A DNA stretch of 64,000 nt, taken from positions 2,445 through 66,444 of the forward strand of contig NIVC01003984.1 of NCBI GenBank assembly GCA_002269645.1. Direction: 5' to 3'. This DNA comes from Macrostomum lignano. Its lineage: Eukaryota. Numbering within the stretch: the stretch's first letter is position 1; every line of letters begins with the position of its first letter. The notes beneath the pieces were generated by a model. It saw nothing but the letters and a program-made list of their open reading frames with translations, did no database searches and was not told the origin of the DNA. The position numbers and the translations under genes are program-made. Shown piece after piece: positions 36,430 to 49,004 of the stretch.

Positions 36430-37565
36430 CACCATCTCAGTATCTCCTCTCACCATCTCAGTATCTACTCTCTTCATCTCAGTCTCTCCTCTCTCTCCAT
36501 CTCAGTATCTCCTCTCACCATCTCAGTATCTCCTCTCTCCATCCCAGTATCTCCTCTCACCATCTCAGTATCTACTCTCTTCATCTCAGTATCTACTCTC
36601 TTCATCTCAGTATCTACTCTCTTCATCTCAGTATCTACTCTCTTCATCTCAGTATCTACTCTCTTCATCTCAGTCTCTCCTCTCCATCTCAGTCTCTCCT
36701 CTCCATCTCAGTCTCTCCTCTCCATCCCAGTCTCTCCTCTCCATCTCAGTCTCTCCTCTCCATCCCAGTCTCTCCTCTCCATCTCAGTCTCTCCTCTCCA
36801 TCTCAGTCTCTCCTATCCATCGCAGTCTCTCCTCTTCATCTCAGTCTCATCTCTCAATCTCACTATCTCCTCTCTCCATCTCAGTCTCTCCTCTCCATCT
36901 CAGTCTCTCCTCTTCATCTCAGTCTCTCCTCTTCATCTCAGTCTCATCTCTCAATCTCAGTATCTACTCTCTCCATCTCAGTATCTCCTCTCTCCATCCC
37001 AGTATCTCCTCTCACCATCTCAGTATCTACTCTCTCCATCTCAGTATCTCCTCTCTCCATCTCAGTATCTCCTCTCTCCATCTCAGTATCTCCTCTCTCC
37101 ATCTCATTATCTACTCTCCATCTCAGTATCGCTTCTCTCCATCTCAGTCTCTCCTATACATCTCAGTGTCTCCTCTTCATCTCAGTCTCATCTCTCTATC
37201 TTAGTATCTCCTCTCTCCATCTCAGTCTCTCCTCTCCATCTCAGTCTCTCCTCTCCATCTCAGTCTCTCCTCTTCATCTCAGTCTCTCCTCTCCACCTCA
37301 GTCTCTCCTCTTCATCTCAGTCTCTCCTCTCCATCTCAGTCTCTCCTTTCCATCTCAGTCTCTCCTCTTCATCTCAGTCTCTCCTCTCCACCTCAGTCTC
37401 TCCTCTCCATTTCAGTCTCTCCTCTCCATTTCAGTCTCTCCTCTCCATCTCAGTCTCTCCTCTCCATTTCAGTCTCTCCTCTCCATTTCAGTCTCTCCTC
37501 TCCATCTCAGTCTCTCCTCTCCACCTCAGTCTCCCCTCTTCTCCACTTCAGTCTCCGCTCTCTCC
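36430..37565. repeat. 19-21-bp array (CATCTCAGTCTCTCCTCTC)n downstream of the pyruvate kinase stop
   Basis: Read directly from the sequence. Confidence 0.95.
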
Positions 37566-37610
37566 ATCTCTTATTCTCTCCCTTCTACAGGCACTCAGCC
37601 AGTCAGCCAG

Positions 37611-40600
37611 TCAGTTCATATCCTCAGACGGCATCTGAGCTCCCAACTCAACCGTTTCATTCACGGAGCTGCCGCAAAACGTACTGCTCCGGCTGCCGTC
37701 CCAATCGTCCTCATTCCGCAGGGAGTCGGCCGCAGCCTGAGCATCCATGTTGGTGCTCAGCTGCACCCCCAGGATCTTGCCAGCCGACTGTGTTGGTAAG
37801 GCGCCGTTCGCTCCGAAGTTTAGCAGCCGTTCGACTGGGACAATGGCCATGAGATCGCTTGAATTAGGGCAGGATTTCTCAACTAGGATGACGAATAGTT
37901 GGGAGTTGGCCGGTCCTGCATCCAGGATGTCGTTGGCCGCCACGCGGAGTCCAGCGTACCGGATTCGATCCTGGGCCTCCAGTAGCCATTCCGATTTGGC
38001 TGGCTCTGCGGGCGTCGCGGTGCCAGCTAGTCACTATTCTGGTCACTGTTCTGGTCACTCTTCTGGTCACTCTTCTGGTCACTCTTCTGGTCACTCTTCT
38101 GGGTACTGTTCTGGTCACTCTTCTGGGTACTGTTCTGGTCACTCTTCTGGGTACTGTTCTGGTCACTCTTCTCGTCACTGTTCTGGTCACTCTTCTCGTC
38201 ACTGTTCTGGTCACTCTTCTGGTCACTTTTTTGGTTACTGTTCTGGGTACAGTTCTGGTCACTCTTCTGGGTACTGTTCTGGTCACTCTTCTGGGTACTG
38301 TTCTGGTCACTCTTCTCGTCACTGTTCTGGTCACTCTTCTCGTCACTGTTCTGGTCACTCTTCTGGTCACTTTTTTGGTTACTGTTCTGGGTACAGTTCT
38401 GGTCACTCTTCTGGGTACTGTTCTGGTCACTCTTCTGGGTACTGTTCTGGTCACTCTTCTCGTCACTGTTCTGGTCACTCTTCTCGTCACTGTTCTGGTC
38501 ACTCTTCTCGTCACTGTTCTGGTCACTCTTCTGGTCTCTTTTTTGGTTACTGTTCTGGGTACAGTTCTGGTCACTCTTCTGGGTACTGTTCTGGTCACTC
38601 TTCTGGGTACTGTTCTGGTCACTCTTCTGGGTACTGTTCTGGTCACTCTTCTGGTCACTGTTCTGGTCACTGTTCTGGTCACTCTTATATCACTCTTCTG
38701 GTCACTCTTTTGGTCACTCTTATATCACTCTTCTGGTCGCTCTTCTGGTTACTCTTTTGTTCACTCTTCTCGTCACTCTTTTCGGCACTGTTCTGGTCAC
38801 TCTTCTCGTCACTCTTCTGGTTAATCTTCTAGTACATGTACGTAATCACTTTTCAAGTTACTCTACTAGTAACTTGGTCTGCAACTGATCAATCTTTTGG
38901 TCACTCTTCATGGTCAATATTTTCACTCAGTTATTTTGTCACTCAAATAAACCGGCGTCACTCACCGGTATAGAGCACCGGGTGCAGTCCGTACCACATG
39001 TTCAACCCGCGACACAGCGCCTCGTCTCGGCACACGCACAGCACTGGACAAGGCGGCCGGAACATCGCAGTCAGGCGAGGCAGCTCGGCGTGGTCGGTGG
39101 CCACTAAGATGGCTGCGGCCCGGCAACGCACGGCGGCTTCGCAGGCCGCCATGGCGCTGCTGTGCAAGGGACCGGCGGCCGCTGGCGCCAGAGGCTGTCG
39201 GCGGAGCCGCTGCAGGTGCTGGCCCGGCTGTAGGCTGGCCTCGGCTTCTCGACAGATCTGCGGCGGCAAGCAAGATTTTTTGTCATCGTTTATTGGCATA
39301 GCTAGGTTTAATTTTGTTATAATGGGTGGCGTCATTCAAATTCGATTTTGTTTTAATTTGTTGGTTTATTTAGTCAAGACTTCTTATTAATTGGTATTCG
39401 GTAACGATCTTTAATTAATTAATTTACAAATGATTTTAATTATTTTTGTTGGTAATAAGTTTTTCAGCTAAGGTATTTTTATACTTTGTAGCTATATGTA
39501 TTATATAGTTTCGATTTAAAAAAGCTTTATTTCGCTCAAATTTTTGTTCTAATTGGTTCCTACATTCAGCTACGATTTGTTTGAATTATAGTGGGAAATT
39601 CGCAGCAACGATTTGTTTATAATTGGTAGGTTAATTTTAATAATATTATGTTATTTATTGATAGAATTTTTGACCGTCTATTCTGTATTAATTTATTAAT
39701 TGGGTTTATTCAGCTACTTTTTATAAATGGTAGATTTATTCAACTTCGATTTTGTTTTACTTTTTCGAATATTTATCTATTGTTTTGTACTGATTAATGA
39801 TTGGTAATAGTTTATTTAGCAATTCGAACTTATAGTATCAATAATTTTATTTTTATAGGTGATTTTTAGTTCTGAAGACCATTTTTAGTATACGGATTTA
39901 TTATCATTGGTAGATTTATTCAGGTTTGATTTTTTAGATTAGTAGGTTTATATTTCGTCCCATTTAACGCCATTTTTATTTTAACTATTAGCCAGTAGGA
40001 ATAATTCAGCAATGAATTACTTGCGTTTGCGTTTATAATTAGTAATGTTTATTTTAACCTTACAAGCATGTTTTAATAAGTAATAATTAACAATAATTAT
40101 ATAATACTTGGTATCTCGCTTTTAAGCAACAAATTTGTTTTAATTTGTAGGTTTATTATAGCCCAAGGTGGTTTTGTTTTAAGTATTGCATTTATTGTAG
40201 CTACGGTTTTCTATTTCTATTTATAACTGCATGGAAGGTTTGATTGTGCATTCATTTCAGCAGCTGCATACATCTGTACGTGTTTCATGCTTCGTGAGCA
40301 AAATAATAACAGCAAAGCTAAAGTCAACTCTCTAAAAAAGATGTACGGCAGTCGACCGCAGGAAGACAAACAAAAAAATGCTTCTCTTGAAAAAAAGTAC
40401 AATTTCGCATGCAGGTTTCTCTTTGTTCCAAATCTGTGGCAGTTAAAAAAGCTGTTAGACTGAGTGAACTCCGGATGTGTGTTTCTAATTTGCTTTTAAT
40501 GCTTTTTTTTACTCGTTCTTAGCATTTTTCTCTTTTGTTTGGAGATAAAAGCTGTTTTTTACAATAAAGCCATCACCCGACTGTCTGCACACCTGTCACA

Positions 40601-43600
40601 TCCCCGCTTAACTGTGTCCATTTTAATTAGATAGGCTCGCTTAAAATCTGCAGCATCTCCACAATCCATAAAGCTCTATCTGATGCCAGTATAGATCCTC
40701 ACGATCTATTCCTAGATTCTCACTCCATCTCCAAAACACTACAATCTCACTCCAAACACTAAAATCTCACTGCAAACGCTACAATCTCACTCCAAACACT
40801 AAAATCTCACTGCAAACACTACAATCTCACTCCAAACACTAAAATCTCACTGCAAACACTACAATCTCACTCCAAACACTACAATCTCACTCCTAACACT
40901 ACAATCTCACTCCAAACACTACAATCTCACTCCAAACACTACAATCTCACTCCAAACACTACAATCTCACTCCAAACACTACAATCTCACTCAAAACACT
41001 ACAATCTCACTCCAAACACTACAATCTCACTCCAAACACTACAATCTCACTCCAAACACTACAATCTCACTCCAAACACTACAATCTCACTCCAAACACT
41101 AAAATCTCACTGCAAACGCTACAATCTCACTCCAAACACTAAAATCTCACTGCAAACACTACAATCTCACTCCAAACACTAAAATCTCACTGCAAACACT
41201 ACAATCTCACTCCAAACACTACAATCTCACTCCTAACACTACAATCTCACTCCAAACACTACAATCTCACTCCAAACACTACAATCTCACTCCTAACACT
41301 ACAATCTCACTCCAAACACTACAATCTCACTCAAAACACTACAATCTCACTCCAAACACTACAATCTCACTCCAAACACTACAATCTCACTCCAAACACT
41401 ACAATCTCACTCCAAACACTACAATCTCACTCCAAACACTACAATCTCACTCCAAACACTACAATCTCACTCCAAACACTACAATCTCACTCCAAACACT
41501 ACAATCTCCAAACACTACAATCTCACTCCAAACACTACAATCTCACTCCAAACACTACAATCTCCAAACACTACAATCTCACTCAAACACTACAATCTCA
41601 CTCCAAACACTACAATCTCACTCCAAACACTACAATCTCACTCCAAACACTACAATCTCACTCCAAACACTACAATCTCAGTCGAAGCACTACAATCTCA
41701 CTCCAAACGCTAGAATCTCACTCCTTTTCTTATAATTTCGCTTAGAACGCTAGAATCTCACTCTGAAATCTACAATTTCAGTCCAAACATTATCATCCCA
41801 CACCTTATCTTGAAATTCTTCTTTTAATTCCCAGAATCCATTGTCAACAGAAAGCTTCACAATGACCACACCTTAGTAAGGGTGCGCACCGCTTCAACCG
41901 GGTATTTGCCAATGGCTGTCTCCCCCGACAGCATCAGGCAGTCGACGCCATCAAGCACCGCATTAGCAACGTCGGAAGCTTCGGCTCGAGTCGGCCTCGG
42001 CCTCATCAGCATGCTGTTGAGCAGGTGGGTGGCGCAGATTGAAGCCTTCGCCGAGGTGCTGCACACCGCTGTGATTCGCTTCTGCACGGCAAATACCTGA
42101 AACGGAATTGTTAATTCGATTAGAACCAGGTTCGCAGCCATGAGGGCCGGCCCCCAAGGCACAGAGAGCTTACATGCCTGATGGTTAGACAGTCAGGGCC
42201 GTAGTACACTCTAAGTGAGCGCTTGTATGAGTTCGTGCCTGCGTACAGTATGGGCCAGCACCAAGGGGCTTTAGCACCAAGGGGCTTTAGCACCAAGGGG
42301 CTTTAACACCAAGGGGCTTTAGCACCAAGGGGCTTTAACACCAAGGGGCTTTAGCACCAAGGGGCTTTAGCACCAAGGGGCGCCAAGCACCAAGGGGCTT
42401 TAGCACCAAGGGGCTTTAGCACCAAGGGGCTTTAGCACCAAGGGGCTTTAGCACCAAGGGGCTTTAGCACCAAGGGGCTTTAACACCAAGGGGCTTTAGC
42501 ACCAAGGGGCTTTAGCACCAAAGGGCTTTAGCACCAAGGGGCTTTAGCACCAAGGGGCTTTAACACCAAGGGGCTTTAGCACCAAGGGGCTTTAGCACCA
42601 AGGGGCGCCAAGCACCAAGGGGCTTTAGCACCAAGGGGCTTTAACACCAAGGGGCTTTAGCACCAAGGGGCTTTAGCACCAAAGGGCTTTAGCACCAAGG
42701 GGCTTTAGCACCAAAGGGCTTTAGCACCAAGGGGCTTTAGCACCAAGGGGCTTTAGCACCCAGGGGCGCCAAGCACCAAGGGGCTTTAGCACCAAGGGGC
42801 TTTAACACCAAGGGGCTTTAGCACCAAGGGGCTTTAGCACCAAAGGGCTTTAGCACCAAGGGGCTTTAGCACCAAGGGGCTTTAACACCAAGGGGCTTTA
42901 GCACCAAGGGGCTTTAGCACCAAGTGGCTTTAGCACCAAGGGGCTTTAGCACCAAGGGGCTTTAGCACCAAGGGGCTTTAGCACCAAGGGGCTTTAGCAC
43001 CAAGAGGGTTTAGCACCAAGGGGCTTTAGCACCAAGGGGCGCCAAGCACCAAGTGGCTTTAGCACCAAGGGGCTTTAGCACCAAGGGGCGCCAAGCACCA
43101 AGGGGCGCCAAGCACCAAGGGGCTTTAGCACCAAGGGGCTTTAACACCAAGGGGCTTTAGCACCAAGGGGCTTTAGCACCAAAGGGCTTTAGCACCAAGG
43201 GGCTTTAGCACCAAAGGGCTTTAGCACCAATGGGCTTTAGCACCAAGGGGCTTTAGCACCCAGGGGCGCCAAGCACCAAGGGGCTTTAGCACCAAGGGGC
43301 TTTAACACCAAGGGGCTTTAGCACCAAGGGGCTTTAGCACCAAAGGGCTTTAGCACCAAGGGGCTTTAGCACCAAGGGGCTTTAACACCAAGGGGCTTTA
43401 GCACCAAGGGGCTTTAGCACCAAGTGGCTTTAGCACCAAGGGGCTTTAGCACCAAGGGGCTTTAGCACCAAAGGGCTTTAGCACCAAGGGGCTTTAGCAC
43501 CAAGAGGGTTTAGCACCAAGGGGCTTTAGCACCAAGGGGCGCCAAGCACCAAGTGGCTTTAGCACCAAGGGGCTTTAGCACCAAGGGGCTTTAGCACCAA

Positions 43601-46600
43601 GGGGCTTTAGCACCAAGGGGCGCCAGCACCAAGGGGCTTTAGCACCAAGGGGCTTTAGCACCAAGGGGCTTTAGCACCAAGGGGCTTTAGCACCAAGGGG
43701 CGCCAAGCACCAAGGGGCTTTAGCACCAAGGGGCTTTAGCACCAAGGGGCGCCAAGCACCAAGGGGCTTTAGCACCAAGGGGCTTTAACACCAAGGGGCT
43801 TTAGCACCAAGGGGCTTTAGCACCAAAGGGCTTTAGCACCAAGGGGCTTTAGCACCAAGGGGCTTTAACACCAAGGGGCTTTAGCACCAAGGGGCTTTAG
43901 CACCAAGTGGCTTTAGCACCAAGGGGCTTTAGCACCAAGGGGCTTTAGCACCAAGGGGCTTTAGCACCAAGGGGCTTTAGCACCAAGGGGCTTTAGCACC
44001 AAGGGGCTTTAGCACCAAGGGGCTTTAGCACCAAGGGGCTTTAGCACCAAGGGGCGCCAAGCACCAAGGGGCGCCAAGCACCAAGGGGCGCCAAGCACCA
44101 AGGGGCTTTAGCACCAAGGGGCTTTAGCACCAAGGGGCTTTAGCACCAAAGGGCTTTAGCACCAAGGGGCTTTAGCACCAAGGGGCTTTAACACCAAGGG
44201 GCTTTAACACCAAGGGGCTTTAGCACCAAGGAGCTTTAGCACCAAGTGGCTTTAGCACCAAGGGGCTTTAGCACCAAGGGGCTTTAGCACCAAGGGGCTT
44301 TAGCACCAAGGGGCGCCAGCACCAAGGGGCGCCAGCACCAAGGGGCGCCAGCACCAAGGGGCTTTAGCACCAAGGGGCTTTAGCACCAAGGGGCTTTAGC
44401 ACCAAGGGGCTTTAGCACCAAGGGGCTTTAGCACCAAGGGGCTTTAGCACCAAGGGGCTTTAGCACCAAGGGGCTTTAGCACCAAGGGGCTTTAGCACCA
44501 AGGGGCACCAACACCAAGGGGCACCAACAACAAGGGGCACCAACACCAAGGGGCTTTAGCACCAAGGGGCTTTAGCACCAAGGGGCACCAACACCAAGGG
44601 GCTTTAGCACCAAGGGGCTTTAGCACCAAGGGGCACCAACACCAAGGGGTGACAGCACCAAGGGGCGCCAGCACCAAGGGGCGCCAGCACCAAGGGGCGC
44701 CAGCACCAAGGGGCGCCAGCACCAAGGGGCGCCAGCACCAAGGGGGGCGCCAGCACCAAGGGGCGCCAGCACCAAGGGGCGCCAGCACCAAGGGGCGCCA
44801 GCACCAAGGGGCGCCAGCACCAAGGGGCGCCAGCACCAAGGGGCGCCAGCACCAAGGGGCGCCAGCACCAAGGGGCGCCAGCACCAAGGGGCGCCAGCAC
44901 CAAGAGGCGCCAGCACCAAGGGGCGCCAGCACCAAGGGGCGCCAGCACCAAGGGGCGCCAGCACCAAGGGGCGCCAGCACCAAGGGGCGCCAGCACCAAG
45001 GGGCGCCAGCACCAAGAGGCGCCAGCACCAAGGGGCGCCAGCACCAAGAGGCGCCAGCACCAAGGGGCGCCAGCACCAAGGGGCGCCAGCACCAAGGGGC
45101 GCCAGCACCAAGAGGCGCCAGCACCAAGGGGCGCCAGCACCAAGGGGCGCCAGCACCAAGGGGCGCCAGCACCAAGGGGCTTTAGCACCAAGGGGCTTTA
45201 GCACCAAGGGGCTTTAGCACCAAGGGGCACCAACACCAAGGGGCTTTAGCACCAAGGGGCTTTAGCACCAAGGGGCACCAACACCAAGGGGTGACAGCAC
45301 CAAGGGGCGCCAGCACCAAGGGGCTTTAGCACCAAGGGGCTTTAGCACCAAGGGGCTTTAGCACCAAGGGGCACCAACACCAAGGGGCTTTAGCACCAAG
45401 GGGCTTTAGCACCAAGGGGCACCAACACCAAGGGGTGACAGCACCAAGGGGCGCCAGCACCAAGGGGCGCCAGCACCAAGGGGCGCCAGCACCAAGGGGC
45501 GCCAGCACCAAGGGGCGCCAGCACCAAGGGGGGCGCCAGCACCAAGGGGCGCCAGCACCAAGGGGCGCCAGCACCAAGGGGCGCCAGCACCAAGGGGCGC
45601 CAGCACCAAGGGGCGCCAGCACCAAGGGGCGCCAGCACCAAGAGGCGCCAGCACCAAGGGGCGCCAGCACCAAGGGGCGCCAGCACCAAGGGGCGCCAGC
45701 ACCAAGGGGCGCCAGCACCAAGGGGCGCCAGCACCAAGGGGCGCCAGCACCAAGGGGCGCCAGCACCAAGGGGCGCCAACCTAGCGCTGTGTAGGGAGCA
45801 CCGCAAATTTGTCCAGCCTATTTCGGAGGCAGGATGAGGCACCCCTGCATCCCTCTCTAGCTACGGCTCCGATGAGGCTAGGACGAGCGTATCTCACACC
45901 CGCCTTTGATTCCCTCAACCTCAGGCAGTGCTTGTATTGAGTCCCAGCATTTCTAGTAGGGGCAGTCGGACTCACACACGAAAAAAATGTCTAAAACCTA
46001 ACGAAAATTGCCTGTAAAAACGTTTGAAGATGCTCTTACCTTTGATCTTTCTTAGTTTCCTTTAGAACTGTTCCTCTTAAATAGCCGTATAGAATATAAC
46101 CGTTATTACGTCTAGCAAAAGAACGTGCCTTATGGAAACGCAAAATTAGATATTTATGATTCCCTAACCTAAACACAGCGCAGGTTACTCGACATAAGTA
46201 ACACTGCGTTTTTCTGTTCTTTTCAAAAAGCAATTTCTATTCTGAGCTGAACCAGCCACTCGCTTGGAGGGGAAACTCGGCGGTTTCCTGTGGGAGCTCG
46301 CAGTCGGGATTCTTCTGCCCGTGTCTCAGTCAGTCGGTCACGCCATTTTCCCTTGTACTCTGTGGCCTCGATTGCAATGATGGAGCACGAGCACTGCTAA
46401 CACTCATTTTTATCACTCTAATCATGCCACTCTTCTCATGTCACTCTTCTCATGTCACTCTCTCATGTCACTCTTCTCATGTCACTCTTCTCATGTCACT
46501 CTTCTCATGTCACTCTTCTCATGTCACTCTTCTCATGTCACTCTTCTCATGTCACTCCCTCATGTCACTCTTCTCATGTCACTCTTCTCATGTCACTCTT

Positions 46601-49004
46601 CTCATGTCACTCTTCTCATGTCACTCCCTCATGTCACTCTTCTCATGTCACTCCCTCATGTCACTCTTCTCATGTCACTCTTCTTATGTCACTCTTCTCA
46701 TGTCACTCTTCTCATGTCACTCTTCTCATGTCACTCTTCTCATGTCACTCTTCTCATGTCACTCCCTCATGTCACTCTTCTCATATCACTCTTCTCATGT
46801 CACTCTCTCATGTCACTCTTCTCATGTCACTCTTCTCATGTCACTCCCTCATGTCACTCTTCTCATGTCACTCTTCTCATGTCACTCTTCTCATGTCACT
46901 CTTCTCATACCACTCTTCTCATGTCACTCTTCTCATGGCACTCTTCTCATGTCACTCTTCTCATGTCACTGTAACCAATGTCAATATAATCAATTTCACT
47001 CACTTTATGTCACTCATCTTCAACTCCATCATTTCAATTCTCATCATCTCAAATCCCAAATCTCACTCCATAGGGGCCCGCACAATGAAAAAAACTAATT
47101 GCTTGCAACTCATCAGCACTACTGTAGGCGTTAGCTCATATTTCTCATCAGCTTGGATGAGTAGATGGCGAAGGCAGACTTGAAATCAACCCCGACATCT
47201 TTCAAAGCTTCTTGTGTGGCAGTCTGTTATTTTTCAATCTAACTTCTTTTATCCGCCCACTTGGATCAGCCCACGGCATGGCTAATTAAATACGGTAATA
47301 GCAACTGCTCCTGTCTTAACCTGGACATCCGTATCTTAACCTGGACATCCCTGTCTTAACCTCCTGTCTTAACCTGTACACCCCTGTCTTAATTTGGACA
47401 CCCGTGTCTTAACCTGGAGACTCCTGTTCTAACGGCCTGGACACTCCTGTCTTAACCTGGTTAACCCTGTCTTAACCTGGACACTCCTGTCTTAACCTGG
47501 TTAACCCTGTCTTAACCTGGACACTCCTGTCTTAACCTGGTTAACCCTGTCTTAACCTGGACACTCCTGTCTTAACCTGGTTAACCCTGTCTTAACCTGG
47601 ACACTCCTGTCTTAACCTGGACACTCCTGTCTTCACCTGGACACCTCTGGCTTAACATCCTGTCTTAACCTGGACACCTCTGTCTTAACCTGGACATCCC
47701 TGTCTTAACCTGGATAACCCTGTCTTAACCTGGACACTCCTGTCTTAATCTGGAGACTCCTGTTCTAACCTGGACACTTTTTTCTTAATTTGGACCCTCC
47801 TGTCTACACCTGGACACCCCTGTCTTACGACTTATCCTTTAAAGTGGAAACCCTTGACTCAACTTGAGCATCCAGTCTTGAATTGGACACCCCAGTCTCA
47901 ACCTAGACGTATCCCGACACTTCGATCGTGGAGATCGGGTGTCAACTTGGATATCGGACCACATTCACCAGCGAATTGCCAGCAACAAACCTTCTCTTGG
48001 GGTAGCTCGCACCCCAAGTCGCCGCGTGCCACCAAAACGCCGTCGGCTTCAACTAGAATCTCCTCCAGCGCCTGTAGGCCTCTGGCGTCGCCAATTTTGG
48101 CGACGACAAGCGGCGGTGGCCGACCGTCAGCCGTGGCCGCTTGGCGCAGCCGTCGCACCGTCTCGGCGCTGCGCACAAACGAACCCATGACGATGCCAAT
48201 CCTCGCCAAAGAATCGTCGCCCGAGTCGGATGCCAGAGCCGCTAGATCGTCGAGATCGCGCTGGGAGACCTCAGGCATGCCGGTGTCCACCCCGGGCAGG
48301 CAGACGCACCGGGCGGCGCCCAGCTGGCCTCCGACGATCACCAGGCAGTCCACGGCCGAGTCAGCCGGTCGCGGCGACTCGACACGCAGCTCCAGCAGTC
48401 CGTCGTCGATGTACACAGCTTGGCCAGGCTGTACAATCTTGGCGAAGTTGTCAAAATCGACCCACAGTCGAGTTGACGTGATGGGCTGTGCAGCTCCAGT
48501 TGGTGAGCAGTCGATGGTCACGAGGCTGTCAGTCTCCAGATTCACAGTGTCCGTCAGCTTGCCATGTTCCGGTAGGGCGCCAGTTCGAATCTCAGATCCG
48601 CGAGTGTCCACCGCCACGCCCAGCGGCTTGTGCTGCCAAGTGGAGACCTCCGGATCGTCGCGGAGTTTCTCCTCGGCTTCGGCGATTAGTTTCAACGCTC
48701 GACGATGCTCTTCTAAGGTGCCATGACACAGGTTGAGCCGGGCAATGTCCATGCCGGCTTGGACCATCTCGGCGATGACTTTGGCGCTCCAGCTGGCGGG
48801 GCCGATGGTGCACATGATGCCGGTGCCCGTGGTCTTGGCTGGGCTGGTGTCCACGTCCAGGCTGCAGGCCTGTTGTAGGGCGGTGCGGAACGAACAGGCG
48901 TGGGTGTTGCTGCTGTTGCTGACCATGCTGCTGATTGACTGCCCAGTGCTCAGAAGTTTACTGCGAATTTTAACCATCCGATGAGTTTTGGCATTTGTTA
49001 GCAT
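37611..49004 (-). CDS. PK: Divergent pyruvate kinase, 4 exons, about 640-648 aa
   Basis: Exons 49004-47991, 42096-41872, 39257-38966, 38026 (or 38005)-37611, with consistent phases. Motifs: [74 protein letters not shown]. The start codon (49004, 48977 or 48926) is uncertain. Confidence 0.9.
38030..38930. repeat. 12-bp array (CTGGTCACTCTT)n in PK intron 3, abutting the acceptor
   Basis: Read directly; degenerate beyond 38700. Confidence 0.93.
40733..41722. repeat. 20-bp array (CTACAATCTCACTCCAAACA)n in PK intron 2
   Basis: Read directly from the sequence. Confidence 0.95.
42256..45779. repeat. 3.5-kb 16-bp array (GCACCAAGGGGCTTTA / GCACCAAGGGGCGCCA)n in PK intron 1
   Basis: Read directly; two unit variants with block duplications. 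Confidence 0.97.
46420..46970. repeat. 13-14-bp array (TCACTCTTCTCATG)n in PK intron 1
   Basis: Read directly from the sequence. Confidence 0.95.
47310..47825. repeat. 20-bp array (CCTGTCTTAACCTGGACACT)n in PK intron 1
   Basis: Read directly from the sequence. Confidence 0.93.

Noticed and set aside
47854-48984. Plus-strand ORFs opposite PK exon 1 (and opposite the PDS5 exons and the mariner)
   Set aside because: These are GC-rich antisense shadows of real coding sequence.
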